A DNA stretch of 63,743 bases, filler included, from Aduncisulcus paluster (GCA_024181965.1; 7 parts of 7 records of this genome joined end to end with filler, not necessarily neighbours in it); one strand, 5' to 3'. Shown: positions 1-12,894, counted from the first letter of the whole stretch. Notes: generated by a model from the sequence alone, not told the origin. A program made the numbers and translations.

Positions 1-318
1 GTAGCATCTTGATGCCTTGTCTTGCTAAATCTTCTCAATATATGTTTGCTGTTGCCTTTTTCAGAAATTTCTATTGATTACCGTACACCTATTCCTCCCT
101 ACTCCTCGGTTCTTTAGTTACACACTATGTGCAACCTTTGTTCACTAGTTTTTTCACTACATTGTTTACTTGGTAGAGTTTGCCTTTCGGTGTCTTCGTC
201 TCTATGCTGAATACACTACAATCAGTATCCTTCTTGTCTGAAACTTTATCGTACTGCAGTCAGTCTGTTACCACCTAATATACCCTTTAATATCCTTCAA
301 TGCCTTTCTTTTCTCTTT

Positions 319-804
319 TTATTTCTGTCTTTTTAGTATCTCCCCTTCCCTAATAAATGCATCCGATGCAAAATATCTGTAACAACCCTCAATCATGCAC
401 CCACCATTTCTAGGAGTTGAGAAAAGATCTGTAGAAGGTGGTTGAAGCCTTCCATATTCCAAAGAGGAAATATACAAACTTCCGAAGTCCTACCCGAGTC
501 GGGTGATACCACTTTCTGCCGAACAGAGGGGAACTGGAACAGGGCAACCACAATATCTAAGGATATAATTTGTCAAAAGTCTTGTTAGACGACCATTGCC
601 ATCCATAAAAGGATGGATACTAACGAAATGGAAATGAAACCAAGCCGCCAAAGAAAATCCATGTTTCGATTTGTCGAATTCTTTCGATAGCAATGTTTTG
701 GAAAGATTTTCAAGCAAATCTGTCAATTGTGGAACGACAGATTTAGAATCAATAAATACATGGCCACCTGCTCGTACAGCCTTTTCCCGAAGTTTTTTTT
801 CAAA
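319..804 (-). pseudogene. Fic-domain (AMPylase-like) gene, interrupted by in-frame stops
   Basis: Canonical Fic motif HPFMDGNGRLTR, preceded by LREKAVRAGGHVF. In-frame TAG at 490-492, after which the frame continues Fic-like (LYISSLEYGR) to TAA 319-321. Further in-frame stops lie upstream (805-807). Confidence 0.65.
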
Positions 805-1202
805 TTAATTATGTCAAACATCATAAAATGTATAAATTCGAAAACTTTCAGAAACATACAATATCTTGGCTACTTTCTGAGGCTCAGAATCTGAGCTTGA
901 CTCAAATAAGTGTAAAAATTTATTTGAACAACATTAAATAAAGACACACCACCACCACCACTCAAGCTCAAAATCGGATTTTGGATCCATTGTGTTCTAT
1001 GATGAGAACACGAACGAGTTCTTTTTGTTTTCAAAATCCCAATCTGGACTTAAGTCTTGTATAGTATTAAACAAAAACTTCCTTTTGATGATTAATTTTT
1101 TGAGGTCAATGATTGGCCGCCAATCATTCCTGGGCCCCGGGAAGGGTGACCCTGTTCTTTCCTTCTGCACGAATTTTGTCTTTATTTACAATAAACTTCT
1201 TC

Positions 1203-4200
1203 TTATTTACAGATCCCACTTCCATAACTCCGTGAAGGATCATCTTCATCAACCATACTTGAGATGAAACGGAAAGCCCGTTCAAGTTCGCCAGCCTTGA
1301 GGTCGGCTTGCCGTTTCAAAATAGTATTTTCATCTTTAAGTCTCGAATTTTCCTCAATCAGGGCAATTCGTTCAACGGAATCTGATCTTTTCATTGATTC
1401 ACTCATGTGTCTCAAACTGTCTCTCTCTTTTTCGATTTTTGGTAATCTTTCCCGCATACTTCTATATTCAATAAGCATGGTACGAAGTGCCGAGACTGAT
1501 TCAGAGCAAAGTGAGAATGTATATTCACCAGACCTAACGGGAGATCCACTTCCAAAACTACCCCCTAGACCAGAGCTTGAGGAAGAAGAAGAATCTGAGT
1601 CAAGACCAATATAGCGATCGCGAACACGTCTTCTTAGAGCAGAGTTTGATTCCTGCACTTGGTCAACAACACGCATACATAATCTCACCCATGAAGTGCG
1701 ATCCTCAATCAAATCGTTGAGTTTACGTGAAGCTTCCCTGTTCAACGAACGGAGCTCTTCATTCTTCTCTTTTGTTTCTCTCAAATCAGACATTGCCGTT
1801 TGCAATTCATTCGTTAGGACACGGGTCTCACTTGATAAGGTGGAGAGTTTTCTCTCATACTGGGGAACTTTTGCCTGCACGAATCCTTCAACTTGCTGAG
1901 TTAATTGCTCACTTTTTTCAACTTGAGCCTCACGTTCCTTCAATAGTCGAGTATTCTCATGGGATAATGTTGCAATCTTATCTCTTAAATCGGCATTAAT
2001 TGAAGCCAAATGCTGGTATTCTTCGACAGAGCCACGTAATTCCTGGATGGATTCGAGAGTGGCGTTGTATTTGGCTTCCCATTGGTCAACAGAGACCATT
2101 CCAAGCCGACTTAGAGCATCTTCAACACGCTTCTCGCAACGCTCAGCCTTGAACATCTTATCACGCAGCTGAGCAAGACTGGTGTTGAGTTCAGCAATCT
2201 TTCCAGTCTGTGTACGAATCGTATCACGAAGTTCAGCGCCAGAGCCAGAGTCACGAGAGCTGGCGAGACGAGCACTCTTGTCCTGTTGTTCTTTGAGCAT
2301 TTGAGTCATTCTTTCTTGTTCATCGGCCAATTTAGAGTATGATTCATGGAGTTTATCGCGTTCGTGTCGAAGTTCTTCACATTCTTCCTTCATATGTTCA
2401 AATTTCTCACGAAGAGTAAACAACTTCTCCTTGGTCACTTCATGTGCTCTACTTTCTGCTTCAAATGACACGAATTGTCTCGCTATGGTTGGCATATCCT
2501 TCGCTTCCTCTTCACTTGTTGCACCCATCAAGGATTCAATGGTCATCTTTTCTTGATGAGGAGAAGATCTTGAAAGTTGTGTTGTTCGGTGATCAATTTC
2601 ACCATTCTTGGTATCCCTCGCTGAAGCTAAAGTGAGTTTCTGAGCCAATTCCCTGTTCAACGAACGGAGCTCTTCATTCTTCTCTTTTGTTTCTCTCAAA
2701 TCAGACATTGCCATTTGCAATTGATGGTCTTTTTCAGCAAGATGGTCTTTTTCAGCCGCCAATTCACGCCTAAGTATCTTAATTCGTTCAATTTGTTTAT
2801 CAAGGTCACCATATGATAATTTTTCCCTGTACTCTTCAAGAATTCGTTTTTGTTGCTCAATTTGCAATTCAAGCTCATGTTGTTTTGGGGTGGTTTGGGT
2901 TGAGTGCATGTCATATTCACTGCCTTTTCGTACAGTTTGAGTGGTACTTGGTAAGATATCTACAGATTTTAGAGGAGATGTACGATTATTGTGATGTAAG
3001 CTGTCTGATTCTTCCTTCTCTCTCTCTCCTTGTCTGTCTTCCCTTCTCTCAACACTACCATCTGTGGGAGAACTATGGGTGCTGTGAGTGCTGTGAGTGC
3101 TGTGTGAAGAGTGAGAATGAATAGAATCACTGGGACTTGAATGATGGTCATCAAGATCATCCATGGACACGGTTGCTGTTTGTTTGGGCTGTCTCAATGA
3201 ATGATTGGACTCAGATGGTTTCATACCCTTACTTTGGAGTTCTTGGACAGATCTCAACATTTCTTCAGCCTCCATTCGTTTCGTCTCTTCGTCTTTTCTC
3301 TTCATTTGTTCTTCTCTCTGTCTATTTTCAGCATATTCCCGTCCTTCTCTCTCTTCTTCAATCTTTTCCTCAAGCAAACGAATGCGTTCCTCATATTCGG
3401 CCTTGATAATGTGATCCCCATTTGATGTAGAACCATTGTTCTGCCCATGGAACTGAGTTGAAGAAGTGGAAATGGGTTGGGTCCGAGAAATCATACTACC
3501 ATCTGGATGATCCTCAAACATTACACTCAGAGACTCAAGCTCCTCAATGGTCTTGGGTGCGCCTGCATGTTGTGAGTGTGAGTGTGGGAAAGATACACCA
3601 GGTCCCTGCGGCACAGTTGCTTGATGGTGAGGAACACCACCAGTCATGGAAGAGGATTGGAGAGATCTATGAGCCATTGATGTCTCTGAGGATGAGGGGT
3701 GGATTGGAGTAATAGGAACAGTGGAAGTGGACACAGAGGAAGACGACACAGGAACAGTGGATGTGGAGGATTCACTGGTCATGGGGAGAGGGAGAGATCC
3801 ATGTGGAGCTGTGGACTGGAGATATTTAGAGTGCAAAAGATGTGATTGGGTATGGAGTTTGGATTCACGAGTAAGTAAAAGTTCTTTTTCTTCCACCAAT
3901 TGTTGGCGTTCACGGGAAATCTCCTCCCTCTGTCTTTCAACAACTCTCATTTCCTCTTCCATTCGTTTTCTATGTTTCTCAATTTCTAATTTGGTCAGAG
4001 TATCCCTCTCAAGAACGGATTCACTGAGTTTACGAGCAGCGGTTCTCTGTTGTTCCAATCTGATCAATTCTTCTCTTCTCTCTTCACGAAGCTCCTCTTC
4101 TTCTTCCCTTCTCCTCTCTGTTTCTTCCCTTCTCCTCTCCTTTTCTTCTCTTATACATGACTTGAGTCCATCGATTATGGATATACACTCAGTGAGAGAA

Positions 4201-6399
4201 GCAGAGAGAGGCTTTATAGTAAAGGAAGTACCCATAGAGGCTGAGGGAGAGGCAGAGGAAGAGGAGGAAGAAGGAGAAGATGGAGACATGAGTCTATCTA
4301 TATCATCAAAGGAAACGGAAGGGAAGGAAGAATATCTCCCGAGCATCCACTTAGATTCCTCACAGAGACGCTCACAGGCACCACGGATATGGCTGCCATC
4401 TTCAAGCAGAGAGTTAATATGCTCACGATGACGGTCAACTTTCTCAGAACTATTTTTAGATATCTTATTCAGAGATTCCTTCAGATCACGGATCTCTTCT
4501 TCTGTTGAGCGCATCAAAGATGCCTTGCTCCGTTTCTCTTCTTCCAATTGCCGTTTGAGATTGGAGACAGTGTCTTGCATCTTTTGCATTTGCTCCAGAC
4601 TAAGTTCAAACTTGCTGGTTGTAGAAGAAAATAGCTTGGAAACCATTGAATTAGCGTGGGCCACGGAAGAGACGAGATCAGCAAGTAAACTATTGAGAGA
4701 AACGTCTTTCATTTTGCCACTGCCTGTAAAAGAATCACGCAGTGAAGAGAGAGAGAATTCACCACCAGCATTCTCAGCTGTGTCAACATAAGAACCAGAA
4801 TGAGACTCTTCCTCAGATCTGATCTTTGAGCCTGAGACAAAAGCGGATGCGAGAGAGGCTGCAGAATCAAGGGAAACACTCTCGGGGACAGAAGAAAGGC
4901 TGGATGAATCGATTCTTTCAGATATCTCTTTAATACGGCGCAGACAGAGACGAAGTTGGTCCTTCTCAGAAGTGCCACAGACGTCATGGGAGAGAATGTG
5001 GGTACTTGTTCCGGCATTGTGTTTATCGGGACGCTCAATCATTAGTTTAGAACGCTGCTCCTTAAGCTGAGCTNNNNNNNNNNNNNNNNNNNNTCTCAGC
5101 TGTGTCAACATAAGAACCAGAATGAGACTCTTCCTCAGATCTGATCTTTGAGCCTGAGACAAAAGCGGATGCGAGAGAGGCTGCAGAATCAAGGGAAACA
5201 CTCTCGGGGACAGAAGAAAGGCTGGATGAATCGATTCTTTCAGATATCTCTTTAATACGGCGCAGACAGAGACGAAGTTGGTCCTTCTCAGAAGTGCCAC
5301 AGACGTCATGGGAGAGAATGTGGGTACTTGTTCCGGCATTGTGTTTATCGGGACGCTCAATCATTAGTTTAGAACGCTGCTCCTTAAGCTGAGCTATTTC
5401 GCGTTCGAGAAGCTCACGTTGGTCTCGAGCATGACGTTCACGTTCACTTTTTTCGGCACGTAGAGCTCCAATTTCACCTTCTTGTGTCCGATTGGTGCTT
5501 TCACAACTGGAGAGAAGTTCTTTACAATCTTGGAGACTAACACGAAGCTCTTCTATTGTTAAATTGGCTTCATCACGTTGTTTTTTCAATTCTTCAACTG
5601 TTGTTTCATGTGATTTGCTTGAATGTTCCAGAGTAATTATTAAGTCATTTTGGGAACGAAGTTCAAGGGATTTTCTTTTGAGTTCTTCTTCTAAAAGTTC
5701 AATTTTAGTGCGTAACCGTGAAGATTCATTGAATAATTCACGAACTTTAATCTCATTGTCTTTCTTTTCACCATCAAGTTTCGAAATAACATCGTTCAGC
5801 CTAGTGACTTCCATATTGAAATGTTGGCGCGTTTCACCAAGCATACGAGTCTGGATTTCAAGCTCCCGCTGAGTTGCATGGTGCCGATCCTGCTCTGATT
5901 CTAATTTCTGACGAAATTCGATTGTTAATGATTCTTTGGATGATTTGGTGGAAGATATTTGCTTTCTAAGCTCTTCTATGAGTGATAAATTCTTTTCATT
6001 GCGGTATCTCAGCTCTCCAATCTCTCTTTGTAATTCTACATCATCATGAGTGCTGGCTCGCACATATGTCATACGTGAATCCATATCTTTCTTCATATCT
6101 TCAACTCGTGACGCAATCGTGGAGGCAACATTATGAAAGAATGCTACTTCATCGTGCTCACGACTAGTTCTGCGCAATTCACCTTGGGCAATCATTCCAA
6201 GATCCATTTCTTTCAAAGGGGGGGTATCTCCGCGCATTGGGCCTGATGAATCATCATCATGGTACCCGTACCCTTTTACAAGTGGGGAAGATTGAATTTG
6301 TGATAAAGATGCGTGCATATCAGGACGATATTGATGAGATCGAATCGGAGAGACACTATCCTCCCGATCAAATGGTTGTCCACTACTACCGTGTTCCAT
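1203..6399 (-). CDS. Large coiled-coil, Ser/Glu-rich protein (~1600 aa), function unknown
   Basis: ORFs 5062-6399 and 1203-5073 join across the 20-N gap (5074-5093), whose flanks are a ~300-bp duplication. Heptad-rich E/K/R/L sequence. Confidence 0.8.
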
Positions 6400-7110
6400 T
6401 TGATAAGGATTTGGTGAAGAATATAATTGATGCTAAGAAAAAATGAAGAATAAATAAAATAACGGCCAAAGCGAAAAGGTTTTGGGAATAAGGGGAAATA
6501 TTCGAATAAGTGGCGAAACAATATAGAATATAATATAATAAATGGCTGATTAGGAAAATTAAAGTGCAAAACATACTTGATAGGACATCAAAACGGAACA
6601 TTTTGATGGAAAATTTGGCATTTCATCGTTGTTGGATCTGATTGGCTAATAGTACTAATAAAATACAATATTAGTGAAATTATTATCGTATTCTACTTGT
6701 ACAAATTGATAATAATTACCACAGCAAGATTTAGCAAAATTCGTGTAGGAATGGCATTAAAACGATTCGTATTTTATTGAATAAATTACTTACATGTGAA
6801 TAAATAAAATCCGCCCAACAATTAAGTCGAGAACTTCCTGACTTGACGACAAAAAATTGGAAAAGATAAACAGATGAAATTCTCGAAATATGAGGCAATA
6901 TTAGAAAGAATCTGAGATTGATAAGCACGAATATTGCTATACGGGAAGTATTATGATTGATTTTTGCTGTATGATGTCCCGTACTCCACATTCCAATCTT
7001 CAAGCCAAGTTGTGTGTATTATATCAACTTATTCGTTACAATAGATTGTGTAACACAAACAAAGATAGAAATATTTTATATGTGAAACATGATAAAACCC
7101 AAAGATGAGA

Positions 7111-8629
7111 TTATATTCCATCAAATCCATCTCCAAGCATACCAAGTTCACCACGTAGGCTATCTAATTCTCGTTTGAGCTGAGCAATGACCATATCTTT
7201 CTTCTTTAACACTTCTGTGACCTTTTTGGTTGTGAATTCAAATTTCTTTTCATATTCTTGAACGAGAGAATCGTATCTTTTTTTGCTATTTTCAGATTCC
7301 ACGGAATGTTCCCTTTTCACCCGATCTATTTCTCGATCAAACAACAAAGCTTTTTCATCACATTCAGATTGAATTCGAATATATTTATCTTCAATCTTCT
7401 TTTTCACAGAGGCAAATTTTCGTTGTTCTTCACCAACCATGCGTGATAACTTTAGAACTTCTTGAGAAAGTTCCGCGTTTCTACTCTCGGTATTCGATAA
7501 AGACTCTCGTAAACTCTGAATCGTTGCTTCTTCTCTATGCATGGATCTTGCATTCATTTCTTTCTCGGTTCTCAATTGTCGTTTCAAACCACTAATTTCT
7601 TCATTTGCATGTTGTAAAGCGATTGAATAATCATCTTTCTCTCCTTTCATTGCCTTAAGTTCAGATTCTTGTTCCCTTTTAACTTTAATCATCATTTCTT
7701 TCACGCACATCTCAAATACAGATCTCTTGATGTTAAGGGCTTCGGTGGTAATTTGTTTTTTATATTGTTCCACTTTTGATGCTGCTTTTTTAGCAATGAT
7801 ATCTTTCCAACGGGCAGCTTGGGCCTCAAATCGACGCATTTCTTGAGCAAATTCTTCGTTTTTTCGCGTCTCCAAGGCATCGAGTTTCCCTTTCCATCTT
7901 TCGATTTCAAACGTTATTCTTCGTTCATATTCTCGTTCTGAAGTCTCCTTTTGCTTCGATTGACTTTCTTTTCTTTCAGATTCTTGCTCTCTCCACCGGA
8001 TTTTTTCCTTTTGGAGTTCGGCTTCACTTTCAAGCTTGACTCTCATCAAATCTTCTTTCGTTTGGTCCAATAACCGTTCCAAATTCCTTATCTTCTCTCC
8101 CTCACGTTCACTGACTTCTGCTGCTGCCCGTGTCGACGAATCTCTCCTTGCTTCATCGATTTGCAAAGAATATTGATCCTTCAGTTCCTCTTTCAGATGA
8201 AATATTTCTTCTGCATATTTTGTGTCTTTCGCCAATAATTCTTTTTTATGGTCACGAACAATCTCTTCAATTTTATCTTTATAAGTTTGGGCAATACTAA
8301 TTCGTAATTCTTTTGTTTTGGATTCCACCCATCGTTTTCTTCTTGCAGTTTCATTTTTTTTGAATGTATCTCGTTCTTTCTGAAGCGTAATATGAATCCT
8401 GCTCTTCTCTTGGCTTTTATATGTCTCAAACAAGCTCTGTTCATCTGCTAACTGTCTCTCAAGTATTGAAATACGCTTGGAAATAGTTCCGAGCTCTTCT
8501 TTATGCTGGGATGCAGAAATATTACATTCTTTTATCTTTTCTTTAAGCTTTTCCTGGAGTATTTTGATATCAGATTTATATTTTTCAGTCATTTTTGTTG
8601 AATTATCTTCATATTGTGCCTTCTTGGAT
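7111..8629 (-). CDS. CEP131: CEP131/AZI1-like centriolar coiled-coil protein, 5'-truncated at contig end
   Basis: RRKRWVESKTKELR...IEEIVRDHKKE and C-terminal KVTEVLKKKDMVIAQLK resemble conserved CEP131 blocks, recognised by eye. Confidence 0.6.
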
Positions 8630-8729
8630 NNNNNNNNNNNNNNNNNNNNNNNNNNNNNNNNNNNNNNNNNNNNTTAATTAATTAANNNNNNNNNNNNNNN
8701 NNNNNNNNNNNNNNNNNNNNNNNNNNNNN
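8630..8729. other. Artificial contig linker (N44-TTAATTAATTAA-N44); also at 20125-20224, 28266-28365, 36240-36339, 46379-46478 and 60277-60376
   Basis: Identical 100-nt spacer with stops in all six frames, present six times. Confidence 0.97.
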
Positions 8730-8966
8730 GGATTATCTGCAGAGGGTTTGCCACCACGCTCTGCCTCGGCTATTTATAGATTACGAGCTCTTGTTACTCA
8801 CCGTGGACCCTCAGCTAACAGTGGTCATTATGTTGCGCATGTGTTGAAAAAGATTGCCGGAGAAGAGAAATGGATCATTTATAACGATGTTAAGGTCGGG
8901 ATAGCAGCTGAAGTACCCGTTCCATTGGCTTATATGTACTTCTATGAATTAGTGGAGGAGGAATAA
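8730..8966 (+). CDS. Ubiquitin-specific protease C-terminus (USP5/13/Ubp14-like), partial
   Basis: His box HRGPSANSGHYVAH, then WIIYNDVKV and AYMYFY. Confidence 0.85.
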   Translation, partial: GLSAEGLPPRSASAIYRLRALVTHRGPSANSGHYVAHVLKKIAGEEKWIIYNDVKVGIAAEVPVPLAYMYFYELVEEE

Positions 8967-9067
8967 GTTTTTTAGTATTCAATTCAGACTCTGAATAATA
9001 TTTATTGACAATAAATCAAAAATTGGCAAGGAAATTCAGCCAGCAATCTTGGTCATATCACCTGAAC

Positions 9068-10384
9068 TTACTCATGATTGATGAACTCATGAAAAACAGA
9101 AGGATCCTTAAAATAGACAAAACCAGCAGCAACTAGGAGGAAAAGAATGGCAATAATAATGATCACACCAACAAAATTAAAACTCGGATTTGGGATTTCT
9201 TCGCGTGGAATTGGCTCAATCTTGGAAAGCCTCCAGTAGCTCAAGAATTGATCAGGAACTTCTGCGAGGATCTCTGCAGGTAATTTACCCAATACTTTCA
9301 TGAATTTTCCAAATGGCACGAATTGTACATTGTCAATAGCAGCCTTTACACCTCTTGATGAAGTCAATCCACCAGCCTTATCAGCATCCAACATTTCCAT
9401 CTTTTTGAATGGACCTTTTCCCAAACCCACAATGACGACTGCCATTGGGAAAGAAGAATATTCCACAAGAGCGTCAATGGTCTCTTTCATATCATCACAG
9501 GCCCCACCAGTAAGAATCACAAGGATTTCATACTTACGTCCAGCCTTACCCCTTTTGAGACTGGAAATGACTTGTGACTTGGATCTAGTGTTCAAAATAT
9601 GGTTTTTCTTGCTTTGCTCACCAACAGCGCGGATAACTTCGACAAATTTTGCAGACGAACCGAAGACAAAATTGGGGTCACTTGTTACTTTTTGATAAGA
9701 GTCACAAATTCCGTCTAAATCCCTTGCTTCATCCATCTTAATGCAATGAGAATGGACTCCTTCCTTGGAGGATGCTCCAAAACCATAGAGTTGGAAAACA
9801 CCATCTGCATCATAGGGACACAAAACCTTTGAAACGTATTGCATGGCAGTCTCATAGAGGGCAATACCTTTTTTGGCTTGATGCAGAGAAGGATTTGTGA
9901 AATCAATAGCGAATGAAAGACCTATTTCACAGGCTCCACAATCAACGAAATCAAGAAAAGTTGGCACTCCCGATTTTACATCGGCCCTTACGGTTTCTAA
10001 AACGATAGTCCCGTGCTTCATTACCTCAAAATCTTCAGTCATCAATGCCATCTCCAACTTTCCTCCTTTCGAAACCACAAGATTTGCCAGGGGAAATAAC
10101 ACTTGACCAATAAATACATTGGATTTCGGGTCTTTAGCAAAGTCGGCAGAAGTTGCTTTGTACAAACAAATATCAAGCTCTGTACCACTTTTAAGATCGT
10201 ATGGAATTCTCGTTGACACGTATCCCCAATCTGGTTTTGGACCCTTTACACTTTTGGATGTGAAGGAGATACTTTTGGGGTTGGCAAAAGGTTTCACGGT
10301 AACAAGGGCAAAAACATCATCATCCTTGGAAATTCCGGGAAGATTACGAGCTTTAAGCAATAATTTCAACTGTTCAACAACCAT
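9068..10384 (-). CDS. Copine-like protein (C2 + vWA) with C-terminal transmembrane helix
   Basis: TFLDFV, AIDFT, PYDADG..LYGFGA, YEILVILTGG, PMAVVIVGLG and DNVQFVPF are copine vWA motifs. One N-terminal C2-like region. Hydrophobic tail VGVIIIIAILFLLVAAGFVYF. Confidence 0.85.
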   Translation of the reverse strand: MVVEQLKLLLKARNLPGISKDDDVFALVTVKPFANPKSISFTSKSVKGPKPDWGYVSTRIPYDLKSGTELDICLYKATSADFAKDPKSNVFIGQVLFPLANLVVSKGGKLEMALMTEDFEVMKHGTIVLETVRADVKSGVPTFLDFVDCGACEIGLSFAIDFTNPSLHQAKKGIALYETAMQYVSKVLCPYDADGVFQLYGFGASSKEGVHSHCIKMDEARDLDGICDSYQKVTSDPNFVFGSSAKFVEVIRAVGEQSKKNHILNTRSKSQVISSLKRGKAGRKYEILVILTGGACDDMKETIDALVEYSSFPMAVVIVGLGKGPFKKMEMLDADKAGGLTSSRGVKAAIDNVQFVPFGKFMKVLGKLPAEILAEVPDQFLSYWRLSKIEPIPREEIPNPSFNFVGVIIIIAILFLLVAAGFVYFKDPSVFHEFINHE

Positions 10385-11055
10385 GGTAAACAAATTTGAA
10401 AAACAAAATGTGTCACAAATGCAGTAGGTAAATTGAAATATTTCTTCATGTATTGTAGTTATATTAAGAGAAAATATTTATGTGTGATTTTAATTTTCAG
10501 TTATTATCCTTTATCAATGTTTTCTACAAAAATTCGTGTAGCATATTGTCTGAGAAAATGGCATTTTCTGATTTCATTTTTGGGAAATTAATTTGTTTTT
10601 AATCTCCTTAAACGTTTCTTTTTTCAGTGTTAAATGTTTTTTTGAGAAAGATTGATCCTCAATTTATCATTAATTGTGTGTGTGTGTACCCCCCCGAGTC
10701 AATTTATCATTAATGATTAATTTCGAATAGATCTCGAATATGCTTCCCTTCAATATCCGTGGTAACGCCGACTGTGGCCGTCAAACAAAACTATTGTACT
10801 TGAAGTTGCTGATTTATCGCTCATCTTGAGGTTATGAGCCTTCTTCTTACGTCAACTTAGTTGACAACTATGTGTTCGCTATCTCCCAAACTCCTCGAGA
10901 AAAATAGAGTTTTGTAGATCTACATTTTACTCTGGTCATGTTTTCACAGAAAATAATAATTCATAAACACAATATTTTCTTGTTTCTGCTCATAAATTAG
11001 TCTCTCAAAAGGAGGCTCCGATGCTCCTTAAAAACCTTCTAGAAGAAATTCTATT

Positions 11056-12582
11056 TCATTTTTTATGCATATCTTTATCAATTCTATCGGATATTCCACC
11101 AACCATTCCACACATATAATTCTGTCCGAATGATGTTTTCACAGGATTGTCAGTGTTATGGGCAGCCCTTTCCCTTGCAGGTGATCTGGCCATAATACCG
11201 AATATGTCAGGCCTGCGAATGATGGTGGACACAAACCCAGAAGAGGAGGAAGAAGAAGAACCTGGAACCGGTACCATGCCCGGCTGCCTTCCATATCCTC
11301 TCCCACAACCTTCCCGAGAAACAAATGCCTCCTTCATGACCGGTGAGGAATAAAGGGAAGCAACGGAAGCAGATGTGTGAGAAGCACCAACAATGGTAGA
11401 AGGTTTGGATGGAGTCGGGGAAGAAAAAGGTTGTTCCGAATGAGAGATTTCACGACTCTTTGACACTCTATCCCTGATAATTGATTCTAACTCCTTCCTT
11501 TCATCTTGAGAAAGTCGTTCAAATATATCTGACCGACGTTTCTCATCAATCTTCCCTCGAAACACTTGTTTGCTTTTTCTGGCTGCAGATTGACCACTGA
11601 TGGCCTCACTTGCAAGCTTATATGGCGAAGATAGACCTCTTGCAGCACGCATTCGAAGGGTATGTTGAACAATACTGGCTTTGGTAACATCACAGATGCC
11701 AGACTTCCTAGAACGGGATGAGAGAGCAAATGACGAATGATCACCAGAAATAAAGTCACTTTGAGATTGAGAGAATGCCGGATTTGAGAAATTTTCATGT
11801 CTCCCGATTACTTTTCTTGCTGGGGAAAAAGGATGATCCTGTGGATAGTTGGAAAACTCATCGCCGAGTATAGCATCATCAACAGCAGCAAGTTGTAAAA
11901 ATGAATCCGAATCAAACTCTTTTCCACGCACTGGATTTGAAGTAGGAGTACCTTCAAGAATAAATCCACTCTCACGGAATATCTCGACGTCACAGGTGGT
12001 ATCAGGTTTCTCAAAAGTTTGCATTTTTGGAGTTTCGAATGATTTCTTAACCACTGGAGAGGAATGAGGGATTGGAGATGAATTTTGGATAATTTGGATG
12101 GGGGTAAATATTGGAGAGCTGAAACCACATGTAGTACTCATAGTCTTTGGAGTAACAAGATATATCGATTCAGCCTTCTTTGATTCAACAATAGAATGAT
12201 GAATTTCCTGAGAATGGAGAGGTGTTTTATGAAGTATGGGATATTGAGGAGATATTTTTGGAGAAGATGGAAGAATTACACCTAATTCAGATTCTTTAAT
12301 GACAGATGGTGAAATTTTTGTTGGATTTTTAATAAATTTAAGTGATTTGGAGCTGTCTCCCAATATACGTTTAAGATCGTCATAAAATTCAGTAGATGTG
12401 CTAGAATCATGATATTTCCGTCTTAAATGGGCAATTTCTATCATTTTATCCATTGTTATTGCAGGATCATCCTTAAAGGGGGCATCGGGATTTTCCCGAT
12501 GATATTGCCTATAATTACCACATAACAGCCGCAAATTTGTAATATTAACCGTGTATACTGTATATTGATCTGATGTATCCAT
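11056..12582 (-). CDS. Hypothetical Ser/Pro-rich protein
   Basis: ~508-codon ORF from ATG 12582. No recognised domain. Confidence 0.65.
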   Translation of the reverse strand: MDTSDQYTVYTVNITNLRLLCGNYRQYHRENPDAPFKDDPAITMDKMIEIAHLRRKYHDSSTSTEFYDDLKRILGDSSKSLKFIKNPTKISPSVIKESELGVILPSSPKISPQYPILHKTPLHSQEIHHSIVESKKAESIYLVTPKTMSTTCGFSSPIFTPIQIIQNSSPIPHSSPVVKKSFETPKMQTFEKPDTTCDVEIFRESGFILEGTPTSNPVRGKEFDSDSFLQLAAVDDAILGDEFSNYPQDHPFSPARKVIGRHENFSNPAFSQSQSDFISGDHSSFALSSRSRKSGICDVTKASIVQHTLRMRAARGLSSPYKLASEAISGQSAARKSKQVFRGKIDEKRRSDIFERLSQDERKELESIIRDRVSKSREISHSEQPFSSPTPSKPSTIVGASHTSASVASLYSSPVMKEAFVSREGCGRGYGRQPGMVPVPGSSSSSSSGFVSTIIRRPDIFGIMARSPARERAAHNTDNPVKTSFGQNYMCGMVGGISDRIDKDMHKK

Positions 12583-12894
12583 TTCGAAAATGTCTTTTTT
12601 TATACAAATGATCGAAATTCCAAAAAGATCTTTCACTTGAGTCAAGTGTGACACTATAATACAAGCGTTGTAATAGAGTGGCATTCGAAACATCAAATAG
12701 AGTCAAAGTTGCAGTGAAATTATCAAAAAATGAGTTCTATTGTATTGAATATTTTATTAACTGTTGTCGATTTTCAGTGAAAATTTTTCACGGAATAAAG
12801 AACATACTCCAGAAGTTCCAAGACATATTTTTAAGTCAATAAAGATAATAAAAATAACCAGTGTATAAATTTTAAATCAGTTTACCTTCTCAAA

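Noticed and set aside
3721-4431. Long antisense ORFs opposite the coiled-coil and low-complexity genes
   Set aside because: Shadow frames of E/K/S-rich coding sequence.
4772-5393. Direct repeats flanking 20-N gaps (also around 15998, 17376, 21844, 52987 and 56184)
   Set aside because: Exact overlaps of unmerged contig ends, not real duplications or split genes.
8674-8685. Recurrent TTAATTAATTAA palindrome inside N runs
   Set aside because: Artificial six-frame-stop linker. Gene adjacency across these linkers carries no biological meaning.
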